Origin: an uncultured delta proteobacterium
GTDB lineage: Bacteria > Myxococcota_A > Polyangia > Palsa-1104
Direction of reading: 5' to 3'
DNA length: 64,000 nt
Assembly: GCA_963785725.1 (NCBI GenBank)
Contig: CAWAWS010000015.1
Span: forward strand, 256,001-320,000
The stretch's first letter is position 1, and every line of letters begins with the position of its first letter. The notes below the pieces were generated by a model. That model had not been told where the DNA came from. It saw nothing but the letters and a program-made list of their open reading frames with translations, and did no database searches. Made by a program: the position numbers and the translations under genes. Shown here piece after piece: positions 33,810 to 44,175 of this stretch.

Positions 33810-36497
33810 ATGCCCAAATTCGTATTCTCCTTCGGCAACGGCTCGGCCGAAGGTGACGGCGACCTGAAGAACCTGCTCGGCGGCAAGGGCTCGGGCCTGG
33901 CCGAGATGAACCGCCTCGGCATCCCGGTGCCGCCCGGCTTCACCATCACCACCGAAGTCTGTACCTATTATTATGCCAATCGCCGCAGCTACCCGCCCGA
34001 GCTCGAGGCCCAGCTGCGCGCCGCCGTCGCCCATGTCGAGCAGCTCGTGGGCGGCCCCAAGTTCGGCGACGCCCACGACCCCTTGCTCGTCAGCGTCCGC
34101 TCGGGCGCGCGCGTGTCGATGCCGGGCATGATGGACACCGTCCTCAACTTGGGCCTCAACGACGCCACCGTCGAAGGCCTGGCCAAGCGTTCGGGCTCGC
34201 CGCGCTTCGCCTGGGATTCCTATCGCCGCTTCGTGCAGATGTACGGCGACGTCGTGCTCGGCCTCAAGCCCGAAGGCAAGAACGAGATCGATCCCTTCGA
34301 GGCGATCCTCGAGCGCAAAAAAGAGACGCGCGGCGTGCATCTCGACACCGAGCTGACCGAGCGCGATCTGCGCGAGCTGGTGACCGAGTTCAAGGCCGAG
34401 ATCAAGCTGCGCAAAGGGCTCGATTTCCCCGACGATCCGTGGGCGCAGCTGCACGGCGCCATCGGTGCCGTCTTCGGCAGCTGGGACAACCCGCGCGCCG
34501 TCACCTATCGCAAGATGTACAACATCCCGTCGGAGTGGGGCACCGCCGTCACCGTGCAGGCGATGGTCTTCGGCAACCTAGGCGACGATTGCGCCACCGG
34601 CGTCGCCTTCACGCGCGATCCGTCGACGGGCGAGCGCCGCTTCTTCGGCGAGTACCTCATCAACGCGCAGGGCGAGGACGTCGTCGCCGGCATTCGCACG
34701 CCGCAGCCCATCAACATCGCCAGCAAACACGGCGCCGACGAAGTGTCGCTCGAAGAGGCGATTCCCGCCGCTTATCAGGATCTCGTGCGCACCTACGAGC
34801 GGCTCGAGCAGCACTACCGCGACATGCAGGACATCGAGTTCACGATCCAGAAGGGCAAGCTGTGGATGCTGCAGACGCGCTCGGGCAAGCGCACGGCCAA
34901 GGCGATGGTGCGCATCGCCGTCGAGATGGTGGCCGAGAAGATGATCACCGCCGACGAAGCGGTCTTGCGCGTCGACCCGGCCAAGATCGACGAGCTGCTC
35001 CATCCGATGCTCGATCCCAAGGCGGACAAGAAGATCATCGCGCGCGGGCTGCCGGCGTCGCCGGGCGCGGCCGTCGGCAAGGTCGTCTTCCACGCCGATG
35101 ACGCCGTCGCCGAGGCGCAAAAGGGCGAGCGCGTGGTGCTGGTGCGCGTCGAGACGTCGCCCGAGGACATCCACGGCATGACGGCGGCGCAGGGCATCCT
35201 GACGGCGCGCGGCGGCATGACGTCGCACGCCGCCGTCGTCGCGCGCGGCATGGGCAAGTGCTGCGTGGCCGGCTCGAGCAGCATCAACGTCGACTACGGC
35301 AAGCAGCAGTTCTCGGTCAACGCCGACGGCAAATTGCTGGTCGTGCGCAAAGGCGACGTCATCTCGCTCGACGGCGCCAAAGGCGAGGTCATCTTGGGCG
35401 CCGTGCCCATGTCGGCGCCCGAGCTCGACGACGATTACCGCCAGCTCATGCGCTGGGTCGACGAGCGCCGCAAGCTCAAGGTGCGCACCAACGCCGACAC
35501 GCCCACCGACGCCAAGACCGCGCGCAACTACGGCGCCGAAGGCATCGGGCTATGCCGCACCGAGCACATGTTCTTCGCCGAGGACAAGATCTTCGCCGTG
35601 CGCGAGATGATCCTGGCCGACAACGTGCAGCAGCGGCGGCGCGCGCTCGACAAGATCCTGCCGATGCAAGAGGCGGACTTCGTCGGCATCTTCCGCGCGA
35701 TGGACGGCCTGCCGGTGACGATCCGCTTGCTCGATCCGCCGCTGCACGAGTTCTTGCCGCAGGAAACGGCGCAGATCGACATCGTGGCGCAGGAGCTGGG
35801 CGTGTCGGCGGCGGTGGTGCGCGCGCGCGTCGCGGCGTTGCACGAGTCGAACCCGATGCTCGGCCATCGCGGCTGCCGCCTGGCGATGACGAATCCCGAG
35901 ATTTACGAGACCCAAGTGCGCGCCATCATGCAAGCGGCGGTGACCGTGGCCGGGGAAGGCGCGACCGTCCTGCCCGAGATCATGATTCCGATCATCGGGC
36001 ACGAGCGCGAGCTCGCGATCATGAAGGAGCTGGTCGTGCGCGTGGCCGACGCCGTCTTGGCCGAGCGCAAGTCGAAGCTGCCCTATCTCGTCGGCACCAT
36101 GATCGAGCTGCCGCGCGCCTGCGTCGTCGCCGACAAGCTCGCCAAAGAGGCGCAGTTCTTCAGCTTCGGCACCAACGACCTGACCCAGACGACGCTCGGC
36201 GTCTCGCGCGACGACGCCGCCAGCTTCCTCGGCGAGTACGTGCGCCGCGGCGTCTATCCCGTCGATCCGTTCGTCGCCATCGATCAAGAGGGCATGGGCC
36301 AGCTCATCGCCATGGGCGTCGAGCGCGGCCGCAAGACGCGGCCCGACCTCAAGATCGGCATCTGCGGCGAGCACGGCGGCGAGCCGTCGTCGGTGGCGTT
36401 CTGCCACGATCTCGGCTTCGACTACGTCAGCTGCTCGCCGTTCCGCGTGCCGATCGCGCGGCTGGCCGCGGCCCAGGCGGCGCTGCAAAAGCGGTAG
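33810..36497 (+). CDS. ppdK: Pyruvate, phosphate dikinase
   Basis: LGGKG, VSVRSGARVSMPGMMDT, GGMTSHAAVVARG, GLCRTEHM, FSFGTNDLTQ. Confidence 0.97.
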   Translation: MPKFVFSFGNGSAEGDGDLKNLLGGKGSGLAEMNRLGIPVPPGFTITTEVCTYYYANRRSYPPELEAQLRAAVAHVEQLVGGPKFGDAHDPLLVSVRSGARVSMPGMMDTVLNLGLNDATVEGLAKRSGSPRFAWDSYRRFVQMYGDVVLGLKPEGKNEIDPFEAILERKKETRGVHLDTELTERDLRELVTEFKAEIKLRKGLDFPDDPWAQLHGAIGAVFGSWDNPRAVTYRKMYNIPSEWGTAVTVQAMVFGNLGDDCATGVAFTRDPSTGERRFFGEYLINAQGEDVVAGIRTPQPINIASKHGADEVSLEEAIPAAYQDLVRTYERLEQHYRDMQDIEFTIQKGKLWMLQTRSGKRTAKAMVRIAVEMVAEKMITADEAVLRVDPAKIDELLHPMLDPKADKKIIARGLPASPGAAVGKVVFHADDAVAEAQKGERVVLVRVETSPEDIHGMTAAQGILTARGGMTSHAAVVARGMGKCCVAGSSSINVDYGKQQFSVNADGKLLVVRKGDVISLDGAKGEVILGAVPMSAPELDDDYRQLMRWVDERRKLKVRTNADTPTDAKTARNYGAEGIGLCRTEHMFFAEDKIFAVREMILADNVQQRRRALDKILPMQEADFVGIFRAMDGLPVTIRLLDPPLHEFLPQETAQIDIVAQELGVSAAVVRARVAALHESNPMLGHRGCRLAMTNPEIYETQVRAIMQAAVTVAGEGATVLPEIMIPIIGHERELAIMKELVVRVADAVLAERKSKLPYLVGTMIELPRACVVADKLAKEAQFFSFGTNDLTQTTLGVSRDDAASFLGEYVRRGVYPVDPFVAIDQEGMGQLIAMGVERGRKTRPDLKIGICGEHGGEPSSVAFCHDLGFDYVSCSPFRVPIARLAAAQAALQKR

Positions 36498-36556
36498 ACA
36501 ACAATCGGTCCCTCGGGCAACCTTCCGCCCACATTAATGCTCCAAGCCTTCGATTG

Positions 36557-38278
36557 ATGCGTACTTACCTCCTCTTATTGGCGGTGACGGCGACCGGCTG
36601 CCACTGGGCTTTGAACGAGCCGGGCACCGATCCGGAGCCGGCGCAGTTTTACTTCCCGACCGGCATCGCCGTCGATCCGTCGCATCGCTTCGCGTACATC
36701 ACCAACGGTAACGCCGACCTGCGCTACGGCGGCGGCACCGTGCAGATGGTCGACCTGCTGCGCGTCGAGTGCGCCATCAGCACGCTGCGGTCGGCCTTTC
36801 CCGGCTCCGGCTTGACGCCGATTCCGATGCCGGCCGAATGCGCGGCGCATGGCCCGGGCTCGGCCGACGACTGGAGCAACGACACCGATCCGACACAGCA
36901 CAAGTGGTGTCAGCCCGATCCGGTCGATCCGACCATCGTCGACTGTGACGAGACGCCGTTCATCGTCGAGAACCAGACCGTCAAAGTCGGCAACTTCGCC
37001 GGCGACATCGCGATGGCGCTCGATCCGCCGGGCGGGCCATCGACGAACGGCCTGGATGCCTCCTTGCATCGCCGGCTGTTCATCGCGGTGCGCGGCGATC
37101 CGTCGGTCACTTACATCGACGTGAACTTGCCGCCGACGCTGATGGCGACGAGCCAGTTCCAGGTTGCGCCGGCCGTTCCGGCCGATCGCGTGACGAACTG
37201 CTTCGATCCGACCACCGCGCTCGCGACGCTGGACGGCATCGACGCCGCGACCAAGGTCGTGACCAAGCCGCCGGGCTGCGACTCCGACTTCCTCGTGCAG
37301 CGCGATCGCTGCGACACCTATCCGTTCTGCCAGGCCGGCAAAGACGGGCAGGGCGAGGCGCAGCTGCCGACGGAGCCGTTCGGCATGCGCTTCGACCAGA
37401 ACACCGGCACCGACGGCAGCACGCCCTACAATCGTTTGCTCGTCTCGGCTTTGGATACGGGGCAGGTGTCGATCATCGACATCACCGGCTTCCCGCGGCT
37501 GACCGGCTCGTCGCCGGCGTTCTTCGTGCCCAACTCGCAAGGGCAGCACGGCGCCTTCGCGATGGCGGCGCGCACGCCCGGCGATCCGTCGAGCCTCTGG
37601 TACCTGTCGTCGAACATCTCGTCGTCGTTGGATACGTTCCGCGTCGCCGCCGCCGACTTGATCGTGCCCGGCGACTCGGTGCCGTTCAACACCACGTTCA
37701 TCCTCGGTAACGACTTCCGCGCCATCGAGTTCGATCCGACCGGCGATCGCGCCTTCATCACCGGCAACGCGCCGCCGACGCTCATCACCCTCGATACGCA
37801 CATCGAGGCGGAGCCCAACGGCAACATGCCGGCGAACGTCGTCTCCAGCGTCATCGACATCTGCCAGACGCCGTCGCACATGAAGATCCGCCGCCTGCTC
37901 GCCGCCGGCGCGCCCGGCACGTCGACGCTCATCAAGACGGCGATCATGGTCGTCTGCTTCCTGTCGAGCCAGATCATGATGGTCGATCCCGACGGCGTCG
38001 GCGTCACCGACACGATCTTCTCCGGCTTCGGCGGCCCCAACCAGCTCGACGTCAACTTCGGCAACTTCGACGACACGCCGCCGCCGGCGACCGTCTGGGA
38101 CGTGAATCTGCCCTGGCGCGGCTACGTGACGAACTACCTCGAATCGACGCTGGCCGTGGTCGACCTCGATCCCGGCAGCCCGACGTACAACCACGTCATC
38201 GGACGCATCGGCAATCCGCCGACCGGGCCGCAGTCGACCGGACCGACCCGCAAGGTTCCACCGGACACCAATAATTGA
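36557..38278 (+). CDS. Lipoprotein, YncE-like beta-propeller
   Basis: MRTYLLLLAVTATGC lipobox; blade-like motifs (PTGIAVDP..RFAYITN, GYVTNY.ESTLAVVDLD). Confidence 0.7.
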   Translation: MRTYLLLLAVTATGCHWALNEPGTDPEPAQFYFPTGIAVDPSHRFAYITNGNADLRYGGGTVQMVDLLRVECAISTLRSAFPGSGLTPIPMPAECAAHGPGSADDWSNDTDPTQHKWCQPDPVDPTIVDCDETPFIVENQTVKVGNFAGDIAMALDPPGGPSTNGLDASLHRRLFIAVRGDPSVTYIDVNLPPTLMATSQFQVAPAVPADRVTNCFDPTTALATLDGIDAATKVVTKPPGCDSDFLVQRDRCDTYPFCQAGKDGQGEAQLPTEPFGMRFDQNTGTDGSTPYNRLLVSALDTGQVSIIDITGFPRLTGSSPAFFVPNSQGQHGAFAMAARTPGDPSSLWYLSSNISSSLDTFRVAAADLIVPGDSVPFNTTFILGNDFRAIEFDPTGDRAFITGNAPPTLITLDTHIEAEPNGNMPANVVSSVIDICQTPSHMKIRRLLAAGAPGTSTLIKTAIMVVCFLSSQIMMVDPDGVGVTDTIFSGFGGPNQLDVNFGNFDDTPPPATVWDVNLPWRGYVTNYLESTLAVVDLDPGSPTYNHVIGRIGNPPTGPQSTGPTRKVPPDTNN

Positions 38279-41200
38279 TGAAGCGCGTCATCTCCATTCT
38301 CGCAATCGTCACCGCTTCGGCGGTTTGGATCGGCGTCAGCGCGTGCAATACGGCCGTCATTCAGACGCCGACGCGCAGCTTCGATCGTCCCTCGGACGTC
38401 GCGCTCAGCTGCTTGCAGTGGGACACGGCCGGCGCCGAGTCGACGTGGACCTACGACGTGCGTCCGCTGGTCGACTGCAATCCCGACGTCGCCACCTCGC
38501 ACTCGCTCACCGGCGACATGGGCTTGGCGACGTCGCCGACGCTGGGGCCGAACCCGAACGCGACGTTCCTCATCACGCTGGTGGCGCAGTCGGCGCGCGG
38601 TGAAGTGGCGTTCGCCGACACCGTGCAGAACAAGCTCATCGACCTCGATCCGCTGAAGCCGAGCTTCGGCTTTTTGCCGGTCGGCGAGCTGCCCGAGCAC
38701 ATCCGCTCGTCGAGCGACGGCTGCTTCGCGTACACCGCCAACACCGGCTCGTGCGACTTCGGCCGCGTCGACATCAACGCCGCCATCAACCACTCGCAGC
38801 GCGTCGAAGTCACCGGCGGCAAGGGCGACTTGGCGTACGACGATCTCGCCGTCGGCGCCACGCGCATCAAACCCTGGGTGCTGCTGGCCGATGGCACGAC
38901 GAGGCGCTACTTGGCGGCGCGTCCGTCGTGGATCGAGATGGCCCCCGACTTCGACGGCGAGCCGGCGATCCACGGCTTCGAGCAAAACCGCCTCGACGGT
39001 CAGAAGGCCGTCGCGGGCATGTGCTACGGCGGCGTGCACAAAGCGTGGGTCGCCTTCCCCAATTGCCAGCTCGTCGCCAAAATCGATCTCGAAGGTCCGA
39101 TGCCTGCGGGCATGAATTTCCCGCAAACGTTCGATGCCAGCGCTGCCGGTCGGATCGAGCAGGCGATTCAGGTGACGCGCACCGGCGCCACCGTCGTCAG
39201 CGATCTGACGACGATCACCTGCGCCGCCGAATGCACGACGCCGACCAGCGCCGGTAGCGACATGGCGCTGCCGCCGCCCGTCGATGCCGCCGTCGCCGAT
39301 GCCGGCGCCGGCATCCCGATTCCGACGACGCAAGCGGCGCCGACGACGCTCTCGATCGACACCGGCGACGCGCCCAACACCGGCGGCCGCATCATCATCG
39401 GCGACGCCTACGGCGAGCGCCTCGACATCATCCCGATCTCGAAGCCGACGACCGATCCGGGCGTGCCGGTGGCCGACCCGACCGCCAACATCGGTACGCC
39501 GACGGCGGTGCAGCTCGAGACCGGCGCGCTCGGCGTCACCGTCGTGCGCGTGAGCCCGCGCTCGCCCGCCGGCAAGTTCGTCTACGCCATCGCCCGCGAC
39601 GGCACCGTGCGCGTCGTCGACCTCGATCGCGGGCTCGAGTGCGAGACCAACATCGACCCGCGCTTCGCCGGCGGCGGCATCGACCTGCAGCAGACGCCGC
39701 ACAGCACGCCGCCGCTGATGGCCGATCCGGTGCCGCTGGCGCGCCGGCTCGGCTGCTTCCCGCTCAACGATCCGACCGATCCCGTCAAGCCGCGGCGCAA
39801 CTCGAAGGCGCGCTCGCCCGGCATCACGCTGTCGACGGGGCAGCTGCCGACCGACGTCGCGTTCGTGCACGTGTCGTTGCCGGCCGGAACCAGCGACACG
39901 AGCATCGTGCCGCTGCCGGCGGCGCCCGGCCTCCTCGTCGGCGACTTCGCCTGGATCATCAGCAGCGACGGCCGCGGCGAGGTCGTGCAGATCTTCGACG
40001 ACTGCCCGCAGCCGAATCAGCAGAACCTCAACCTGACGACGGGCCCCTTCAAGTACGGCGTCTGCGACTTGAACAACGTGCCGTTCGCGATCACGCAGAC
40101 CGAAGAGCAATACGGCCATCCGGAAGCGCTCTTGTACGATCGCATCTCGCATCGTCTGCGTGGCGGCCATCCGCGGTTCGAGCAGCCGCTGACGTTCAGC
40201 GACTTGACCGGCATGGCGCGCATCGCCGACGAGACCCAGCCGTTCGGCGTGGCTGTGCCGTCGACGTCGCAGGCCGACGGCGGCACCGGTGACGCCGGCA
40301 TCTCGGCCAACCTGCCCGCCTTCTACGCCGAGAACGTGCCGTCGTACCTCATCGGCGACGACATCTCGTCGGCCGACGTGTTCCCGACGCGCATCGTCCG
40401 GTTCATCTCGCCCGACGACGCGCTCAACGAGTCGTGGGTCGCGCAGTGGGAAGGCGTCATCCCCGGCAGCGATCGCACGCTCGGCCATCCGTTCGTCGAC
40501 ACCGACGGCATCGGCAAGCTGACCGACTCGGGCGGCGCCTGGTGCAGCCGCGGCGTGCTCGCCGGCGACAAGCTCCGTATCAGCGGCTGCGCGTCCGACG
40601 CCGACTGCAACCAGGCGCAGGTCAAGAACTTCGGCGACATGGGCTACGGCCACCAAGCCGACCTCGGCGTCGGTCCCGTCGGCGGCCCCACCGGCTACAA
40701 CAACTTCCGCTGCGTCACCGATCCCAACTCGCCTCCCGACGTCTTCGACGGCCTGTGCCTCGTCGTCGACAACGTGCATGACGACAACTACTGGAGCGAC
40801 ACCTGCGGCGAGCTCTTGCGCTCGCAGCGCAAATACCGCATCACGTCCGCGCGCCAGAACCAGGCGCTCAACAACGGCGAAGGCATCACCGACGTCCTTC
40901 AGGTCGCCGAAATCTACGAGCCCGAGTACGCCGAGCAGACGCACAGCTGCACCTCGGACAGTCAATGCGGCGACGTCACCGTGCCCGCCGCCGACGGCTC
41001 GACCGTGCTGCCGTCGAAGTGCCTGCCCGACTTCGACGGCACCAACCGCTGCCTCATTCCCTGCAGCAGCGCCAACGGAAGCCTGTGCGGTCAAGACTTC
41101 GAGTGCCTGCCGGCGCAGAACTTCGGCGACGAGCGCTGCATGCGCGCGCCGGTGAACCCGACGCTGTGGCACACCTGCTTCCCCGAGCTGCTCGAGTACG

Positions 41201-41793
41201 AGATTCAGACCGGCGACTCGTTCCTCATGACCGGCTCGGTCACGCCCTTCCTCAGCGACGAGACCACCGACGCCAACGGCGAGTGCATCGTGCCGCCGGT
41301 GACCGCGGTGTCGAACACCAGCGAGTACATTCGCCTGCACAACTCGCGCGTGCCGCTGTCGCCGACGAACCCCGATGGCTCGCCGCTCATGTGCACGTCG
41401 ACGTCGCCGCTCGACTCGATCGACGTCACGAAGCTGCCGGGCTCCAACGTCTGCCGCCTCGATCAGGTCGGCAGCCGAATCCTGCACTTCGAGAACGGCA
41501 CGTTCAACACGGCGCTGCAGGTGCCGACGCAGGGCTTCTCGACGCAGCTCCTGGTGCCGCCCGACGGCACGGTGCTGTCGATGGCGTTCGTCGGCGGCGG
41601 GGCGCGCCTGCTCGCCAACCTCGCCATCGACGTGCAGGCGCAGCAGCCGCGCTACGTCACGGTCGCGCCCGACGCCCAGACGGTCTACGTCGTCGACGAG
41701 GGCTTGGCCTCGACCGCGACCGGCCTCCAAGGCCAGCTCTTCCGCCTGTTCACGCCGACCCAGTCGGTCGATCCGCTCTTCGAAATCCGCTAG
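38278..41793 (+). CDS. Very large Cys-rich lipoprotein of unknown function
   Basis: Lipobox VSAC; TGATG overlap with the previous gene; propeller-like segments and C-terminal Cys clusters. Confidence 0.75.
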   Translation: MKRVISILAIVTASAVWIGVSACNTAVIQTPTRSFDRPSDVALSCLQWDTAGAESTWTYDVRPLVDCNPDVATSHSLTGDMGLATSPTLGPNPNATFLITLVAQSARGEVAFADTVQNKLIDLDPLKPSFGFLPVGELPEHIRSSSDGCFAYTANTGSCDFGRVDINAAINHSQRVEVTGGKGDLAYDDLAVGATRIKPWVLLADGTTRRYLAARPSWIEMAPDFDGEPAIHGFEQNRLDGQKAVAGMCYGGVHKAWVAFPNCQLVAKIDLEGPMPAGMNFPQTFDASAAGRIEQAIQVTRTGATVVSDLTTITCAAECTTPTSAGSDMALPPPVDAAVADAGAGIPIPTTQAAPTTLSIDTGDAPNTGGRIIIGDAYGERLDIIPISKPTTDPGVPVADPTANIGTPTAVQLETGALGVTVVRVSPRSPAGKFVYAIARDGTVRVVDLDRGLECETNIDPRFAGGGIDLQQTPHSTPPLMADPVPLARRLGCFPLNDPTDPVKPRRNSKARSPGITLSTGQLPTDVAFVHVSLPAGTSDTSIVPLPAAPGLLVGDFAWIISSDGRGEVVQIFDDCPQPNQQNLNLTTGPFKYGVCDLNNVPFAITQTEEQYGHPEALLYDRISHRLRGGHPRFEQPLTFSDLTGMARIADETQPFGVAVPSTSQADGGTGDAGISANLPAFYAENVPSYLIGDDISSADVFPTRIVRFISPDDALNESWVAQWEGVIPGSDRTLGHPFVDTDGIGKLTDSGGAWCSRGVLAGDKLRISGCASDADCNQAQVKNFGDMGYGHQADLGVGPVGGPTGYNNFRCVTDPNSPPDVFDGLCLVVDNVHDDNYWSDTCGELLRSQRKYRITSARQNQALNNGEGITDVLQVAEIYEPEYAEQTHSCTSDSQCGDVTVPAADGSTVLPSKCLPDFDGTNRCLIPCSSANGSLCGQDFECLPAQNFGDERCMRAPVNPTLWHTCFPELLEYEIQTGDSFLMTGSVTPFLSDETTDANGECIVPPVTAVSNTSEYIRLHNSRVPLSPTNPDGSPLMCTSTSPLDSIDVTKLPGSNVCRLDQVGSRILHFENGTFNTALQVPTQGFSTQLLVPPDGTVLSMAFVGGGARLLANLAIDVQAQQPRYVTVAPDAQTVYVVDEGLASTATGLQGQLFRLFTPTQSVDPLFEIR

Positions 41794-41879
41794 CTCATTC
41801 GAAAATTCAAGATCGCGTAGGCAAAAATTTGCGTCGGCTCGCATTCGCTGATGTCATGTAGGCGAGTGTAGGAGACGCC

Positions 41880-42746
41880 ATGCGCGACCTGGACCGTTGG
41901 AAAGACAAAGTCGAGATCTCGCTCGACGGCCGACAGATCTTCTTCCTGTTCTTCGGCAGTGCCGTTGCCGCTTGTTTGATCTTCGTCGTCGGTGTGCTCA
42001 TCGGCAAACGGATCGAGGCGCGCGCGTTGGCGCTGCAGCCGGCGCCGATCGAGGATCCGCTGGCGGCGCTCGATCAGCTCGGTGACGCCGACGAGGCCGA
42101 CGATGGGCTGACGTTCCACAAGGCGTTGGCGGCGCGGCAGGACAAGTCGGAAAAGGCCGACAAGCCGGACAAGGCGGAGCCGGTCAAGCCGGCCAAGGTC
42201 GCCGACAAGAGCGACAAGCCCGACGCCAAGCTCGACGCGAAGGCCGACGCCAAGCTCGACGCGAAGGCCGACAAGGCCGACAAGGGCGCGCTCACGGCCA
42301 TGACCGACGACGATCTCGACGTGAAGTCGGAGCCGTCGTCGGGCAAGCCGGAGGCGGTCGCGGCCAAAGACGGCGACACCGTCGCCAAGAAGAAGCCGGA
42401 CGCCAAGAGCGCCGCGCTCGCGCCCAAGCCACTGCCGCCGACCAAGGCGCAAGTGGTGCAGGCGACGCCGGCGAAGAAGCCCGACGCGAACAAGAAGACG
42501 GACGTGGCGCAGTCGCACTTTACGCTGCAGCTGTCGGCGTTCCCGGAGAAGTCGGACGCCGAGGAGTTCATGCACAAGATTCAGACGGCCGGCTATAAGC
42601 CCTTCCTCGTCGCCAGCGAGATTCCGGGCAAGGGCGTGTTCTTCCGCGTCCGCGTCGGCGACTACGCGTCGCGCCAGTCGGCCGTCGACGCCAAGGCCGA
42701 GTTCGAGCGCAAGCAGCGCATCATCGCCTACGTCGCCAAGCTCTAA
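41880..42746 (+). CDS. SPOR-domain (FtsN-like) membrane protein
   Basis: N-terminal TM, K/D/A-rich linker, C-terminal FTLQLSAF...FFRVRVG SPOR domain. Confidence 0.85.
   Translation: MRDLDRWKDKVEISLDGRQIFFLFFGSAVAACLIFVVGVLIGKRIEARALALQPAPIEDPLAALDQLGDADEADDGLTFHKALAARQDKSEKADKPDKAEPVKPAKVADKSDKPDAKLDAKADAKLDAKADKADKGALTAMTDDDLDVKSEPSSGKPEAVAAKDGDTVAKKKPDAKSAALAPKPLPPTKAQVVQATPAKKPDANKKTDVAQSHFTLQLSAFPEKSDAEEFMHKIQTAGYKPFLVASEIPGKGVFFRVRVGDYASRQSAVDAKAEFERKQRIIAYVAKL
42220..42267 (+). repeat. 24-bp coding tandem repeat (DAKLDAKA x2)
   Basis: CCGACGCCAAGCTCGACGCGAAGG repeated twice. Confidence 0.8.
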
Positions 42747-42769
42747 CTCTTCAGGCGTTACTTCAGCTT

Positions 42770-44128
42770 TTAGTTTCTCTTAATACCCGCCAAGATCGCG
42801 TCCGCCACCGGTTTCACCGTCTTGACCTGCAGCGTCGGCGCGACCTCGGGCACGATGACGAGGCGCGCGTCCGGTCGCGCCGCGGCCAGCGCCCGCGCGT
42901 CGCCGACCGTCGCCGCCGCGTCGTCGCCGCCTTGCACGATCGTGAGCGGCGTCGTCTGCGCGCGCACGAGCGGCAGCGGATCGAGGAACAGCTCCTGGCG
43001 CAAGAACGCCTCCAGATACGGCCGCAAGATGAGCCGCAGCGTCGACGACTGCAGCGGCGCGATGGCGCGGCCGGCGTGCAGCTCGGCGAGCGCGCGGTCG
43101 TACTCCATGAGCTCGGGTGCGCTCAGCGTCGCCGCCAGCTGCGCGCGCAGGACGACGGCGAGCGGGCGCGCGGCGCCGGCGACGCTGACGATGCCGTCGA
43201 CGAGCGCGGGCCAGCGCGCGCCGACCGCCAGCGCCACGAGCGCGCCCTCGCCGTGGCCGACCAAGTAGACGGCCGAGTAGTGCCGGGTGGCGCGCGCTTG
43301 CGTCACCAGCGCGGCCGCGTCGGACACGAAGTCGTCGAACGTGACGAGGCGCGCGGGCAGCGTCGAGGCGCCGACGCCGCGCTTGTCGTAGCGCAAGCTG
43401 GAGACGCCGTGCTCGGCCAGCGCCGTCGCCAGTAGCCGATAGGTGTCGGAATGCTGCGCGACGTGGCTGTTGCCGTCGCGATCGGTCGGTCCCGCGTCGG
43501 CGATGACGACGACGAGCGGCGCCGCGCCCGCCACCGACTGTGGCCGCCACACGACGCCGCGCAAGCGCGCGCCGGCGTTGTCGCAGGCGATCGTCTCGGC
43601 CACGACGTTGGCCGGCAGCGGCGCGGCGGTCGCGACCGCCGGCGCCACCGCCGCGGCGCCCGAGACGACGACGACGTGCTGCGCCGGCACCTCCGCGTGC
43701 ACGACCGCGCCTTGCGCGTCGAAGTCGACCTGGACCTCGAGCTGCGCCGCCTTGACCGTCAAATGCCGCCCCTGCGCCGTCTTCGTCGCTTGCGCCGTCG
43801 CGTCGAGCGTCACGTCGCGCTCGGCCAAGAAGAGCTTGATGGGCACGGGCGGCCGGCCGTCTTTGACGCGCTCGGCGACCAGCGCATAGCTCGCCCAGGT
43901 GCCGTTGACGATGGGCGCGGCCTCGGGCGCCACCGATTTCGTCACCGTCGTCGTGCCTTGCTGCAGCGTCACCGTATGCTGCTTGCGATCGACGGTGACG
44001 ACGAGCCGCGACGGACCGGCCGTCACGTCGCTGACGAGGACCACCCCATCGTCGCGCCACGACTCGCGCGCCAGCTCCTTGCCGCCCGCGAGCGACAAGA
44101 GCACGCCGGCCAACGCGAGCGGGAGCAT
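42770..44128 (-). CDS. Secreted alpha/beta-hydrolase-fold protein with degenerate active site
   Basis: GPTDRDGN and RYDKRGVG motifs; nucleophile elbow reads GHGEG rather than GHSEG. Confidence 0.8.
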   Translation of the reverse strand: MLPLALAGVLLSLAGGKELARESWRDDGVVLVSDVTAGPSRLVVTVDRKQHTVTLQQGTTTVTKSVAPEAAPIVNGTWASYALVAERVKDGRPPVPIKLFLAERDVTLDATAQATKTAQGRHLTVKAAQLEVQVDFDAQGAVVHAEVPAQHVVVVSGAAAVAPAVATAAPLPANVVAETIACDNAGARLRGVVWRPQSVAGAAPLVVVIADAGPTDRDGNSHVAQHSDTYRLLATALAEHGVSSLRYDKRGVGASTLPARLVTFDDFVSDAAALVTQARATRHYSAVYLVGHGEGALVALAVGARWPALVDGIVSVAGAARPLAVVLRAQLAATLSAPELMEYDRALAELHAGRAIAPLQSSTLRLILRPYLEAFLRQELFLDPLPLVRAQTTPLTIVQGGDDAAATVGDARALAAARPDARLVIVPEVAPTLQVKTVKPVADAILAGIKRN

Positions 44129-44175
44129 GCGCGCAGCATAGACAGCGACCCATGCGTTTGCTATCCCATCGACCC

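Noticed and set aside
35258..38278. 1006-aa ORF (similarly 47368-50181, 58075-60432, 17800-19536)
   Set aside because: N-terminal parts are off-frame overlaps of upstream genes; real starts are 36557, 48529, 59119 and 18625.
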